This document shows positions 50,603-64,000 of a stretch of 64,000 nt of DNA, in pieces (positions within the stretch are counted from its first letter, which is position 1; the number at the start of each line of letters is the position of its first letter). Source of the DNA: Tubiluchus corallicola (lineage: Eukaryota > Animalia > Priapulida). The translations under genes were made by a program, and so were the position numbers. Under the pieces are notes generated by a model. That model saw only the letters and a list, made by a program, of their open reading frames with translations, made no database searches and was not told the origin of the DNA. The stretch lies in the NCBI GenBank assembly GCA_030141605.1, contig JAQGDQ010000178.1, positions 186,001 through 250,000 of the forward strand, in the 5' to 3' direction.

Positions 50603-53600
50603 TCATTTCACCCAGGGTATATCGACATTTGGCCAATGAATCTGAATTTCGCCAATGATACCATTTCGGTGTAGGACCTTGTAGACACCATAAGCCGTAA
50701 GGCAGATGACGGTACTCCGGAAACTCCAACGGAGAAAGGACGTCAGTCGAGAACCTCGCGGAATCCTAAAACAAGAACCACAAAAGTAATGTCAAGTATA
50801 AAAAATAAACAGGTAAACAAACAGATATACAATGGTAAAATGATGTTAAAATGAACTTACAAATGAACTGAATACTTATTTTACATACGAGTAACCGAAA
50901 AAATATCTCGAGAAATAACATCTTGGATGCTATTTGACTCTTCTAGAGATATTATTCTATTAAACAGAGGTACATGCAGACCTACATGTAGCTATTTTAA
51001 CAAACACCTGCAAGAAGTGTTGTAAACAAACTTAGTTCATGGAACACATTTCCTGCTATTAGTTCCTTTTTATTTTGCTAGTTTTTTTAAAATTGTTTTT
51101 ATCTGTCTTTATTGATATAATCTTATTGTCATAATTTGAACTAATCAAATTCGTGTTTATCATTTTTGCCTTTATCGTCGCCTCTATTGCACCCTACCTA
51201 TATGTTAGTTTTGTTAGTTTTTGTTTATTTTGTTGTCAATTTACAAGAATTCCAACTAATTTCTGTTAATATCAATATTAATTATTACACATCCTGTTAT
51301 GACAATAAGCTGTTTAAATACTAACGCCACTAACTTATATCTTTATTATAATGTGAGGGGTGGATGCTTGGTGACCATGTGATCTTTCTCCACCACGCCT
51401 CTCTCTCTCTCTTTCTAACTACTTAATAACAGTTACTATTGTACTGTTGCACTTCGCTGTATTAAATTTCAAAATTCAAATTTCAAAAACTTGGAAGCTG
51501 AGCGATATTATTATAACAAAATGGAACTTGGAACTGGAATAAAATTATTAATTCTTTTTTTTAAATCTAATGGAACTGTCACCTTATGATAGTTCCATTT
51601 GTTTCGTTTACCATAAAGCAGCTTGGAACAAAATTAGTTCCATCCAGAGTTAATTTAATGCTATTTTTTCGTCTACAAAAAAGCAAATTTGCTTTGTCAG
51701 GAACATCTAAAAGACATCTCTAATTATTTTAGGTTAATTACCCTGGATTATTATATGAAATAATGGACAGAAAACATCTAAACAATGCAGTGAACTGACA
51801 TTCAAACAACAAGCAAGACTGAACTTAGTTTCTTTTGGTGCAACGGAATTTGACACTGATGATAATTCTTTTTCCAAAAAGTCAGAGGAACTAAGAGCTT
51901 TCATTAGATCTATTTGTGAAGGAAGAATTTGGAAGACAAATTAATTCCTTTTCTTGCCAGAGAACTGGAAGTGGAACAGAAGACGAAGGAACTCTTGCAA
52001 CTCTGGCTACAAGTCACTCAACACAGTAATAGAAAACAGATGCTTAAATGATTCACCAGCAACTGAGGCACATTCTGAAGAAGAGCCAACTTGAAAAACA
52101 CCGAAAAAAGAAACAAGATGCAGCTGCATGTGCAAGCAACTTTCAAACAGGAAAGTAGGTGGTAAATAATATAATTCTCATTCACTGTCTAACAAGCTAA
52201 CACTGTCCTGGACACATTCGCATGACCTAATTTAAATTGTATGTCAACAAATCCTTACTCTAGTAAAGCCTTGATGTCGACATTTTTGTCCCAGTTCTCA
52301 ACAATCCCAGGGACATGACCTATTCCAACAACTCCGACAACTATGGCCGGCATGTAACCTGAAACAACAAAAGGAAAATCTGTAGTATTTCCATAACTTC
52401 AGCCTGGTTGAATGCCAAGTTAATTGGAATGTCAACGACATAATACCGATTCGCAGAATTTTATTTACAGTATTTCTAAGTTGTCTTTATTGATAATATA
52501 CAAAAAAGAAATAACTTAAGAACTACTATGAAGCAAAGCATTTTAGATTACTTATATATTACACAGTAAGTATATTATATATGTTGAAACAAATGCAACA
52601 AAACGCCTAGCCTTTTTTTGATGATACTGCATTTGCTCAAATCAAATAATAAGATACAAATCAAGTATAGCAATAATTTATGTATACCCTACGTAGTAAT
52701 TATACTTTGTATATGTGAGATTTTAACTGGCAAATAAAAATCTTGTTTATCTGTTTATTTCTCTAACTGTTTATTTGTTTGTCTGTTTATTTATCTCCAT
52801 GCGGCACTCTACCACTCTATGATAGAATTGCTTTTGCTGATCAACAGGAAAGATTAATTCTTAAGCTCAACAGCAGTAACGAAACACCAATAGGAAAGAT
52901 TGCTGAAATAACATGATTAAGGTGGTCCTAAAACAAGCTTAGAAACAATCTTTCTTCTTGTTTTACAGCAACACCATGACGTCTGACAATTAGAGGTGGC
53001 GAAACAATGCACCACCAAAAGTCAGACTCCTCAGGAGCACAGTGGCATATACCATCCAACTTCACTTTAAATTTACAGGTGATGATAACCTACAATAACT
53101 ATTCCACATCTTTTGAGGGTAAATAGAATTAAGAGCATCCTTTTTCACGAATATAACTCCTTGGCTAAAGTTTACAATTCCCATATACATACGACAAATT
53201 AGTTCATGAAGCGGATTAGGATTAGGGTTAGGGCGGCTGGGGTTATGGTTAGGGCGGCTGGGGTTAGGGTTAGGGTTAGGGTGAGGGTTAGTGTATTTAA
53301 ATTGTGTGGGGAATTGTAAACTCTTTCCAACTCCTCTAACATGAATCAAACAATATTTCAATATCATTCAATGTAGCACAATAAAATTATGATTAAATTG
53401 GAGATCAGAAAACTCACCTGTCTGTGAATAACAACAAGGAATAGCTAGAGCAGCGTTACGTAATGAGTGAGCGAGGTAGGCATCCCTTTCAGTCACGAAA
53501 ACTCGACTCAGTGCCGGGAACTCTCCCGTCATCTCTTCTAACATCTCCTCTAACAGATCCTTCTGTTTGCACTTCTCTACCTCCTCTTTACTAAAGTAAA

Positions 53601-56600
53601 AAAAACAGGTAGACTTTCACTCATTTGTCAAAAAAAAGTTAAAATGTTATAGTGAACTTGAAAATAAAACAAAATGTTACCTAATAGGATCTCTAGATGT
53701 CAGCACATACCACGCAAGCCGACATTTCTGCCAAAATGAAAGTGATGATAGAGCCCTCTGTAAAGTAATCTGTATCGGACGATCACCTAGGTGCAATTTG
53801 CAAGCAGGAACCTTTTGAGCCTAAACAAGGTAATAAAAAATGCAATAATAATGCACCCAAACAGTAATTTATGATGGCTATTTTCACAGTATGAGATTAT
53901 ACTGTAAATTGGTTTACATTGTCACTTTTCAAAGATGATCCTAGATAATAACATGGTGTTACACTATACTCAGGACAACTAACTACATGCAATAAAATTT
54001 ATCTAGTACAATTACTCCCTTTGTATATGTTCTAGTCACATGTGTTGTGCAGCTTACAAAATAAAGAAATAATAATAGTACTGCTAATAATAAAATATTC
54101 TCAAAAGTAATTTGTTATAGGTAGTAAAAGATTTATCAAATTAATATAATCAAGGATGGGGTTCAAGTTATTGGCACAACCACAGAAGTTTTTAAACAAC
54201 AAAATGATTCATCAACCGTGACAGGGTATGGGTGCTTCAGAAGTCAAAGATAACTTATATATATATATATAATATAATGTGATTTCATATAAAATATGTA
54301 ACAATGTATTACCTACACTCTTCATTATTGCCTATACTGTAACTTCTTCTTGATGAAAATTCCATGTCATTTTATTTTTTTCAATAGCATTTTGGATAGC
54401 AATAACTATAATGTACTATCATAGTACTTTATATATAAGTCTATAACTTTTGGTGTTATTGTGCAGAGATATTTGTGTGCTTGCAAACCAAAACAGTCCA
54501 TAAATCGGCATAGTTAATGCTTCAAAGTAGAATGCACCAAAATTTTGGTCTAATGCTAATTTTTTGTTTTTTATAAGAACAGACATTAGATATAGTGGAC
54601 TTCCATATTCTAGCATCAAATTATCAAGAAAATGTCCAAAAAACTCTAAAAATTAATTCTATAATCCTGTGCCCATTTCTCTGTCTAGAAACTAGTACTG
54701 CAATTGCAAAAAAACACTTGTATTTTCAAAGTCCGATAGGAGCTCATGAAAGCTGACAAGCCCAAATCTTCGTTAGGAAGAGCCATCTACTGGATTTAAA
54801 CATAACTTCAATGTGCTCTTGGCAAAGTCTATAGCAACCAATCTTACATACAGTTGCTAAGAGTTTTGCAGAGACGCGACAAAAATTAATGGCTGACTTT
54901 AACAGCGATTTTCTCAAGATTATGTTTTTCACTTTTTCATAGACTGCACCTCAACTTCAATTTGGATTATCTGAGCTTAGAAATACAGGGATGAGATTGA
55001 AGGGGGCAAAGCCCCTTGGAGTCAACTACAAATTGCAATTTTGTGACCATAGGGAGCCTCTGAGTGAACTTAAAATACCAATTACCTTGTTTCATGAATA
55101 ATTTAAAGTACCCAATTATCAAGGATACATGATACATATGATCGTGAAGCTTTAAAAAATTAACAAATTTTATTTTGTACACATTTTGTTGCCTTATATT
55201 TAATAAATTATAAAATTAAACTTGGTTTTATTCAAATTACGCTTTTGTATTTCGATTGTTTGTGTCTGGAGGCCTCAAAGCTTCACATTTGTCAATAATG
55301 AAGATATGCCGCATTGCCGTAAAAGGCAAGCTACAAATCGTGCAGATCATCAAGTAAACAATATTTACGCTTTATTTGAACAATTTTAGCCAAAATTTTT
55401 CAGCGATTTTTAACATCTAGCAGATAAAAGGTAAGCAGGATAAATACCTCGAAAAAATGCTGCTGAAGGTTTAGGTTATGATTTCAACGAAAACGAGGTT
55501 CAACTCTGAAAAATTTTCTCAACGAATTTACGCGATTTACAAAAATGGCACTACTGGTGTTTCAAAAACTCAGAATTCCAAGTATCCACAGAGAATTCTC
55601 ATCCCTGGAAATAACATAGAGTGATGAACTTGATCAATGATCCACATGAAATGGAGATTCAGGGTATATGAATAACTAGAAAACCTTGATTGCCAACTTG
55701 TGGACGACTTTGCTATGCAAGCAAACATTTAGTTTTACCTCTCTAAACGCTTTCCTAAATTCTCCACCAGGTGCCATGCCAAGCTGCTTTGTGAGATGAG
55801 CAGACATGCTAAGAAGCAACAGGTGCAATATTCCCTGTAAGAGACCACTCTGAAACAGACAAAAAATGCAAATTACTTACTTTTTATTAATTAGATACAA
55901 CACTGATTTTCAGACTGCAAATTAATAATGGCATGAACACACATTACATTACATGGACAAAAATACCACTGGTCAAGCTCACGAAAAAATCTGCTGTGTT
56001 TTCCTATACTAATTTTCAGAGTCTTCCCTCCTTCTATTAATTCTAGCTTATCACAGTTCGATATCTAAAAAAGTGTCATTTTCCCAGATGAACAAACCTA
56101 TTTCTAAATACATACTAAGTGTATTCTAGCTCTTCGGATTTAACTGAATAAGTAGCACTATAAATTAGAAATAATAAACAATTGTGGCAAATGATACATT
56201 TACTTTGATTTCGCTAATCCATTGCAAATTTTAAACATCGAATAAAAAATGTGTATAAATGCAGCAACATTGTCAAACCCTCATTTAACAGTGAGACAAA
56301 TTTAGGAAGAATTCTCTGAAAAATTGGTAGTCAAATAGGATTCAAATCCAGGAACTTGTGGTATCAGGCCACATGCTCTAAGCCATTTAGCCTTTCAAGC
56401 TTCAACCCGCACGGCCAAAACAGATACGAATTTCCATACTAATTAGCAGACAACCAGTCAGAGCTATGCACCTAGCAAAGATGAAGTAATTAAATAATAA
56501 TCTACCATTGGTAATTAGCAATTAATAAGCGAATACTATATGAGAGTGACCAACAAGTGAACGGGATAAAGAATTCAATCCAGACAAGACATACAAACAA

Positions 56601-57823
56601 GAAATGATAACACTTACCTGTTTTATGGCTAATCGCATTTTTTCAATGTTAATGTTTTTTGCCTCTTCTAGTAAAGTTTTCTCATCCAGCTGTAGTATGT
56701 TGACTCGACTCTTACATAATTCAACAACGACCACGTCCGGTTGAACAGTTCTAATTGTCTGCCAATGAAAAACTCCATTAAGAATGTCTACATTTTTTAT
56801 AAAAAAACTCGTGATAGTGATTTAAAGTGAAAAATTTGGCATGGGAATCGTATGCTTTCATCGATAAAAGCCCACGATAAATGTGACTATAATAGCAGTG
56901 ATTATCTTGGAGGAGGATCAAAAATGCCAATTGTAAAAAAATGACAAAAATCACTGTGTGCCAAGCACGTCTTCATACATATTTGTACGGTAAGTAACAG
57001 TATTCAGTTGAAAACTATATACTCCCTCTTCCAAAAACAAATATAATGAAACGGTCATCAAAATATAATGCCATTAAAATATGGTCATCAATTCCGCGTG
57101 AAATGAAAACTCTTAATCTTTTTCAATTCAAAAAAGCATCAAAGAATGACCTACTACAATGGTATAATTAACTCACAATTTTACTCATCCTGATCTTAAG
57201 TTACTAACAAAACTTATTTTGTTCTAATGTACGCTATAACTGATGAAAATGTAATGTTAATTGTCAATTGTTTCACTTATCTGGAGGAGAACTCGAAAAC
57301 TCAATGCTCCTTCCCCCTCCTCACAGTAACTCGCATAGTTTATTTTTTTTCAATGTAATATCAATTTGTATGTATGTCTGAGTTGCTGTGGAATAAATTC
57401 ATAATTCATAAAAAAAAATCATAATTCATAACAGATGAGATAAATGCGTAAGTATACAAGTTTTTGCTTCAATCCCACGTAATATCAAGTACTGCCATGG
57501 AAACCAAAACAGGAGTTCTAAAGACCCGCCACAGAAAAACTAGTGTTTTATTTTTGATGTACAAAAAGGGAACTAATCCTGTCAATTAAAGGAATCCACA
57601 TTCCTGGAATAAATGCGACCAGTAAAGAGTTATACCGTTACTACATCCTGCATGCTGCTTTCACTAAAATGGGCAGTTCCTACGATGAACACCTTGGAAC
57701 CTTGCTCCGTCTTTAGAGCGGTCACCGTCTCCGGAAGATCAAATCCAGACAATCGCCGGCGGTGCTGATGTGGAGTGAACCTCTCATCTTCATTGTCACT
57801 CTCCGATCCACTTGTGCTCTCAT
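50603..57823 (-). CDS. TRABD: TraB domain-containing protein; first coding exon(s) not resolved
   Basis: Exons 57823-57636 (LPETVTALKTEQGSKVFIVGTAHFSESS), 56758-56618 (TIRTVQPDVVVVELCKSR), 55849-55739 (QLGMAPGGEFRKAF), 53820-53681 (LHLGDRPIQITLQRA), 53590-53418 (EKCKQKDLLEEM...VTERDAYL), 52358-52259 (VVGVVGIGHVPGI), 50765-50603 (C-terminal hydrophobic anchor, ends PWVK*). Matches recalled metazoan TRABD motifs; phases consistent. Confidence 0.93.
53161..53330. mobile_element. Small MITE carrying internal TTAGGG-like repeats, in a TRABD intron
   Basis: TIRs AGTTTACAATTCCC (53169) and GGGAATTGTAAACT (ending 53322) enclose degenerate (TTAGGG)n. Confidence 0.75.
56337..56395 (-). mobile_element. 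Degenerate tRNA-derived SINE head
   Basis: Minus strand reads GGCTAAATGGCTTAGAGCA...GGATTTGAATCC, resembling A and B boxes. Confidence 0.4.
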
Positions 57824-58412
57824 CTAAAATGAAGAAAATAGTAAATCAGTACTCAGGAAAACACGTTTATGTGACCGAACAAGCATGTTCGATGCACAAA
57901 AAACAAAAAAAAACAGTTGTATTGACATAACAAAATAACGAACCAGTACTAGGAAACCCCATTTTTGACACACAAAAAATAAAAACAGCATTGTATTAAA
58001 AGAAGATTCACATATATCGAAAAAGTGTTTTTATCGATGATACCAAAAATATATAAGCTGCCTCGAGATTAGAGTGAGCGAATCTTAAAGCGTCACCATG
58101 TTCCTTTGAAAATCGCAAATGAAATCTTAGTCCCATGAAGTGTAACGACAAACTGGTCATTTGATTAAATCACAGTCTAGTAGACCTTCACGTATTAACT
58201 GTCAAAATTTGCCTAGAGCCCGAGTGATTAACATGACTTTAACATGACATAACGATAGTAATTAGTATGACGCTGCTAACCATCAAAACGTCACGCAGAC
58301 GACCCACATTACGGGACCAAATTGACACTTTTTTCGCTCTTGAAACTCATTTAAAGGGAAAGATATGGCTATTTTAAAGTAAGTCCCAAAAAGAATCCAA
58401 AACAAAATTATA

Positions 58413-59480
58413 TTACACTGCATTGCGCTTACCTGCTCGAAAGACTAAAGTACACTGCATTACGCTTACTGCTTGAAAGACTTTGTACAATGCATTGCGC
58501 TTACCTACTTGAAAGACTTGTGTACAATGCATTGCACTTACCTGCTTGAAAGACTTATGTACAATGCATTGCGCTTACCTGCCTGAAAGACTTATGTACA
58601 CTGCATTACGCTTACCTGCTTGAAAGACTTATGTCTAATGCATTGCGCTTACTTGCTTGAAAGACTTATGTACACTGCATTACGCTTACTGCTTGAAAGA
58701 CTTTGTACAATGCATTGCGCTTACCTACTTGAAAGACTTGTGTACAATGCATTGCACTTACCTGCTTGAAAGACTTATGTACAATGCATTGCGCTTACCT
58801 GCCTGAAAGACTTATGTACACTGCATTACGCTTACCTGCTTGAAAGACTTATGTCTAATGCATTGCGCTTACTTGCTTGAAAGACTTATGTACACTGCAT
58901 TACGCTTACTGCTTGAAAGACTTTGTACAATGCATTGCGCTTACCTACTTGAAAGACTTGTGTACAATGCATTGCACTTACCTGCTTGAAAGACTTATGT
59001 ACAATGCATTGCGCTTACCTGCCTGAAAGACTTATGTACACTGCATTACGCTTACCTGCTTGAAAGACTTATGTCTAATGCATTGCGCTTACTTGCTTGA
59101 AAGACTTATGTACACTGCATTACGCTTACTGCTTGAAAGACTTTGTACAATGCATTGCGCTTACCTGCTTGAAAGACTTGTGTACAATGCATTGCACTTA
59201 CCTGCTTGAAAGACTTATGTACAATGCATTGCGCTTACCTGCTTGAAAGACTTATGTACACTGCATTGCCCTTACCTGCTTGAAAGACTTATGTACACTG
59301 CGTTGTGCTTACCTGCCTGAAAGACTTATGTACACTGCATTACGCTTACCTGCTTGAAAGACTTATGTACACTGCATTGCCCTTACCTGCTTGAAAGACT
59401 TATGTACACTGAGTTGCGCTTACCTGCTTTAAAGACTTATGTACACTGCATTGCGCTTACCTGCTTGAAAGACTTATGTA
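58413..59480. repeat. 37-bp satellite, about 29 units, with 220-bp (6-unit) higher-order repeat
   Basis: Unit acttatgtacactgcattgcgcttacctgcttgaaag. The variant block tacactgcattacgcttactgcttgaaagactttg recurs at 58451, 58671, 58891 and 59111. Confidence 0.96.
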
Positions 59481-61396
59481 ACTTGAATAATTCTTAATAA
59501 TGTAAAGTATTCACACCATCTAATAAAACGGCACTGTATCGCTATCCCAGTGTGCACCATTGATTGACTAAAACACATTATTGATGTTGCTGATAATGTA
59601 GAGTAATTTAAACTTTTGCTTAGTTAGAAAAGAATGTTACGAATGCTCTGATTATTTTTTCGAACATCACGCTATGTAATCTAAAGTTATTCCAAACGAC
59701 TTATCCTTACAATGCTTGCGCTTAACGGTCATCGTGGGAGTTTAAATCCATAAGTTCACGAGTTTTATACAGTGTTGCTGCTAACGCAACCTCTGTGCGC
59801 AATAAGGTTGCATTTATGACATAAAATTTCAAGGCAAACTTTATAAGCGCCTTTGTTGGTTATTTGCTTCACCCGTGTCATCACTTTTATTATTGCAAGT
59901 CATAATAGATAAAAAAAAATAAGTAAACAGTTTTTTCATTTTGAGTGTGTTAAGGTGACCCGCCCTCGTACATTTAAACAATATCTAAAACTATTCTTGA
60001 ATAAAAACCAAACTCTAGCACTCCTGTAATATCAGGTATATGACTGGGACTCTCCTCTTTCGTAAAGAACAGGCTGTCCTTAGCTGAAACTGACCAGAAA
60101 CACCAAGTTTCAACTGAAGCGTCATAACTTTGTGACTGTCTTCTAAAAATGTTACTTTAAATTCAAATACTTTGTTAATTGAAAACTGTTACTTCCAAAC
60201 TCACTTAGTGACAGCGATTCAGTGTCGCGACAAAAAAACAGGAAATGCCACTGAATTGTCCGTTTGAAACAGAGCAAAACCATCTCCTGTCTAGTTTCAA
60301 AACTTTGCCAGTGACATTCCAAAATGACCACCAAGAACGGGGAGTAACCAAGTGTGCGCTCTACTTTCACTACTTGAAAAAAGTACTGGGCAGTCTAACA
60401 GCAACCGCCATAAGAATTGGGCTACATCCGCCCATTGAGATGAATCTGTTCTGTCATCAACGCTTATTACATGGTTATTGCATTACCTGGTGCATAGCTT
60501 ATTTACAATATAGACAGACAGCAAGAATAATGATAGTATTTACAAAGCACAAATTGCAGTATAAAATCTACCGTTGACATAGAAAACAAATCATTCTGCT
60601 GTCTGGACGCTTGCCGCTAGACAACAGCGAAATAAAAAAACCGCGTAACTCATGCAGTTCTTATTTGTTTACCTATGTTGTTAGTATTGTTTACAGGTCA
60701 AATGTGGTTTACTATGTAGTGAATTATGCTATCTGTAGTGATCCAGCGAAAGTTCAAATGTTTATGTAAACAGAAGGATGCCGGTTGCACGTGAAAATTG
60801 TTCTGGGTAAAAAACTTATTGTACTTTATTAATTATTTAACCATTTTGTCATTAATTAGTCACTTAAACTTAATTGTTGTTAGAAAATTTTTAGTCAAAG
60901 TGTAAATGCCTTAGTACGCCTTACAGTTAAAACGACTAGTTAGTAAAGTTTTGCTTAACTTAAATAGAAGGGGAATTTATGGATGAGATTTCTGATGACG
61001 CAGGTGTAACGCAGTTTTAATGTTGTTCAAATGGTTTTATGGAACAAGTTAAGAGAGAGGAATCATTCTCTCCCTTTGTTTGACTTTCGGCCATTCCATT
61101 CTCTCCTTAAAACACAACTGAAATAATGTCTTTTACGTTTGGAAACAGATATCACCCAAAAGCCACACAATAGGCATTTTCCGCATAATGGACTTTTTGT
61201 TGAGGCGAAAATCTTCCATGTCCCTCTTTTAAATACCTAAACCTTGATTCAATATGTGTTGGGGGAAAGGGCAACCAAAAAAACAAAAGCTAACGAGAAA
61301 AGTTGATGCTAAGAACCTAGAGTCACCAACATATGTCAAAAATCTGATGGCACTTATTGTCGCCACATTGCCAATTATAAAAAAAACTTATCAGCA

Positions 61397-61521
61397 AAAG
61401 TTAAAGTAAAGTTAAAGTTAAAGCTAAGTTAAAGTTGAAGTTGAAGTTGAAGTTGAAGTTGAAGTTGAAGTTGAAGTTGAAGTTAAAGTTAAAGTTAAAG
61501 TTAAAGTTAAAGTTAAAGTTA
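61397..61521. repeat. (AAGTTR)n hexamer microsatellite
   Basis: Seen directly. Confidence 0.95.
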
Positions 61522-62473
61522 CGATTATAGATGAGACGGTTGTGTAATTTCATAAGGTTCATAATATTTTTTCTACTGCACAATGCATTGGGTTTCTCGA
61601 ATCCTAAACAGGGTAAAGCCACATTATGACAGAGTGCCGTAAGTATTGGTTTTGCAGCTGTATACTGAAATGTAAGTTAAGTCGTCAAACTTAAAAGCAA
61701 ACAATCAAAGAAGGCAACTTCAAAGAACACAGAGTTATTGAAATTCACACTTGCACAGTCACTGTCACTGTGCTTGCATCGTTTGTTTGCTTCAAAAGTT
61801 TTCATACCCAATCTTAAACTGTAGGTCAAAAAAATTTACTTTTTAAAATATTGAAAGCGAATATACTACTTTTTAAAAAATGACTTACGTGAAAGTATTA
61901 TTAACACACAAATACAATTTCACGTTCGCGCAACTAGTTCTTCGCGGTTACTTGCATTCGCCATTGACTAGTTGACGGGCACTAGCGCCTGCATTTCGGA
62001 AACCCATTGCATAAAAAACATGTGCTGTACCTCTCAGTTCAGGTGTGCTAGCTTGTGACGAACTACATACGTTCGACAGTTCATGCATGAGCACAGCGGT
62101 AAATTTGAAATTTAAATTTTTATCTTGAAACTTGCCTAGTTTTAGTACAACACACTGAATATTTTACAGTAGCACAGTACTTCCAATTTTCACTTTCGCA
62201 AACATATGCAACCCACTCGTGGAATATTTTTTCTGTTGAAAATTATGTTAGTTTATCATCGATAGTTGGGCGCGCCCATCGTTAATTAAGTTTTTAATTT
62301 ATAATTTAATTATCAGAAACGCTTTTGCAGTATTAATTGTGTTAAAATGTGTACTTTTTATCGTACTTGAAAATGTAGTAGTATATATACTATCTATATA
62401 TACTATACTTTATATATACTAGCTTATACCATCTTAACTATGCCATCTTTCAGGTAGGTGCTGCTACTAAACT

Positions 62474-64000
62474 ATGTGGACCTCTTTGCTGTTACCATTG
62501 CTACTAGCCATCTCGTCACTGACAACAACTAGCGGCACCACATTGTCATCAATGTTGTCAGCGTTTCCATCAAGACAAGCATCAGCATACACCTTCAACC
62601 AACCACAACAAGAACAGCAACTACAGCGTGAATACAGTTATGCAGTTTCACAACCACTGATTTACGTTGGAGGTAATAAGTGTATAAATATACTGAAGCT
62701 TTAAAGCACAAGAAAACTCTCTTCGTAAATAAAGCTCAAAAATTTGTTTTGAAATTTTACATCGCTTAAATGCTGTCTTATTGCACACAGAGCTTGGCTG
62801 TATAAAACCTAAAACATTAAACTCCGCGATGACAGCTAGGCGCAGCTATTTTAATGGAAAGTCATTTGAAACATGTTTTACAGTGAGTCAGTGGTGCTCA
62901 CTGGGTAGTGAGTCAGTGGTGCTCACTGGGTAGTGAGGCAGTGGTGCTCACTGGATAGCGAGGCAGTGGTGCTCACTGGATAGTGAGGCAGTGGTGCTCA
63001 CTGGATAGCGAGGTAGTGGTGCTCACTGGATAGTGAGGCAGTGGTGCTCACTGGATAGCGAGGCAGTGGTGCTCACTGGATAGCGAGTCAGTGGTGCTCA
63101 CTGGATAGCGAGTCAGTGGCGCTCACTGGATAGTGAGGCAGTGGTGCTCACTGGATAGCGAGGCAGTGGTACTCACTGGATAGTGAGTCAGTGGTGCTCA
63201 CTGGATAGCGAGGCAGTGGTGCTCACTGGATAGTGAGTCAGTGGTACTCACTGGATAGTGAGTCAGTGGTGCTCACTGGATAGTGAGTCAGTGGTGCTCA
63301 CTGGATAGTGAGGCAGAGGCATTTTACCAGGTGAAGCAAACATTTTAAATTATTAAGAATTTTGTTTTCCAATTATATAACTCAATTCAAGCAAATAAAC
63401 GTAGTTTTGAGTAATATAATTATGCTGGAAACGTTTTTTTCGGGATGTATTTGAAAATTATTATTTCTCCTGCCAAATATCATAAGCTAAAATACTCTTA
63501 CCTTCTCTTTAAAGCTTAGTTCATTAATTTGTCATTCAAATCAGAGATGTCACCGCTTTAAAAGGTAAATCATATTATGTTGGGATATGTACATGTGGTT
63601 TTAATCTTAATCAGTGTGTGTCGTTACGTAGGTTAGGCATTGTAGAGCTATCTTCTGGTGGACATGTGTGCTGTGTTTGAAAATGCTAATTTAAGAAAGT
63701 GCCTCAGTAAATGTTAACTTGCAGTGGAACATTTCAATATAAACTAGATGGTTTTCGAACAAAGATTTTGTGACCCTCAATTGATCTCATCTTCAACTCC
63801 TTTTTCAAAATGGACACTACCCATTAGTTCGAACCTGCCTTATAAAAATGCAAATTCAGCAAAATGAATGTAAATTCAGAAATGAAATCTAGCTACACAT
63901 GAGAACCAGCACAAAAGAGCGCTTGCTTCTTTTTTTGACAGCAATAATAACACACGTTCAATGTTCTTTTCTAGATGGCGCAGATGTACGTGGTGAAGAC
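62474..64000 (+). CDS. 5' part of a gene for a secreted or membrane protein of unknown family; continues beyond the window
   Basis: Acceptor ctttcag at 62453. ATG 62474 followed by a signal peptide MWTSLLLPLLLAISSLTTTSG. Donor G|GTAAT after 62672 (phase 1). Next exon from 63975 (ttctag|AT GGC GCA GAT..., DGADVRGED) is in matching phase. Confidence 0.72.
62881..63316. repeat. Minisatellite, 25-bp unit, about 17 copies, internally palindromic
   Basis: Unit tcagtggtgctcactggatagtgag, in an intron of the 62474 gene. Confidence 0.95.

Noticed and set aside
58413-59480. CRISPR-like arrays (also 47036-47253 and 62881-63316)
   Set aside because: Units are head-to-tail with no unique spacers, there are no cas genes, and the context is eukaryotic.
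60152-60577. ORFs 60152-60370 and 60245-60577 as TRABD exon 1 or a separate gene
   Set aside because: No recognisable domain or convincing start; may be a decayed transposon.
61401-61622. (NF)n ORF
   Set aside because: Translation of the hexamer microsatellite.

Overview
AT-rich eukaryotic (invertebrate animal) genomic DNA with GT-AG introns. The main feature is a minus-strand tandem cluster of four paralogues of the ANL adenylate-forming superfamily (4-coumarate:CoA ligase-like / firefly-luciferase-like acyl-CoA synthetases). Copy 1 (139-7827) and copy 3 (26305-34736) are intact 10-exon genes of 540 aa. Copy 2 (10389-11003) is a 3' fragment with a frameshift. Copy 4 (39451-45554) has two frameshifts and no recognisable last exon. 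The family is unusual: a 6-residue insertion replaces the A8 Gly hairpin, there is no PTS1, and the substrate-pocket exon is highly divergent. Between copies 2 and 3 lie degraded plus-strand receptor genes (Ig-domain/TM and LRR-LRRCT-EGF) and a decayed LINE. Further right are a TraB-domain gene (TRABD, minus strand, 7 coding exons found) and the 5' end of a plus-strand secreted-protein gene. Repeats include tRNA-derived SINEs, LINE remnants, MITEs, micro- and minisatellites, a 293-bp inverted repeat around copy 4 exon 1, and a 37-bp satellite rich in splice-donor motifs. All gene models were built by eye; no database searches were run.
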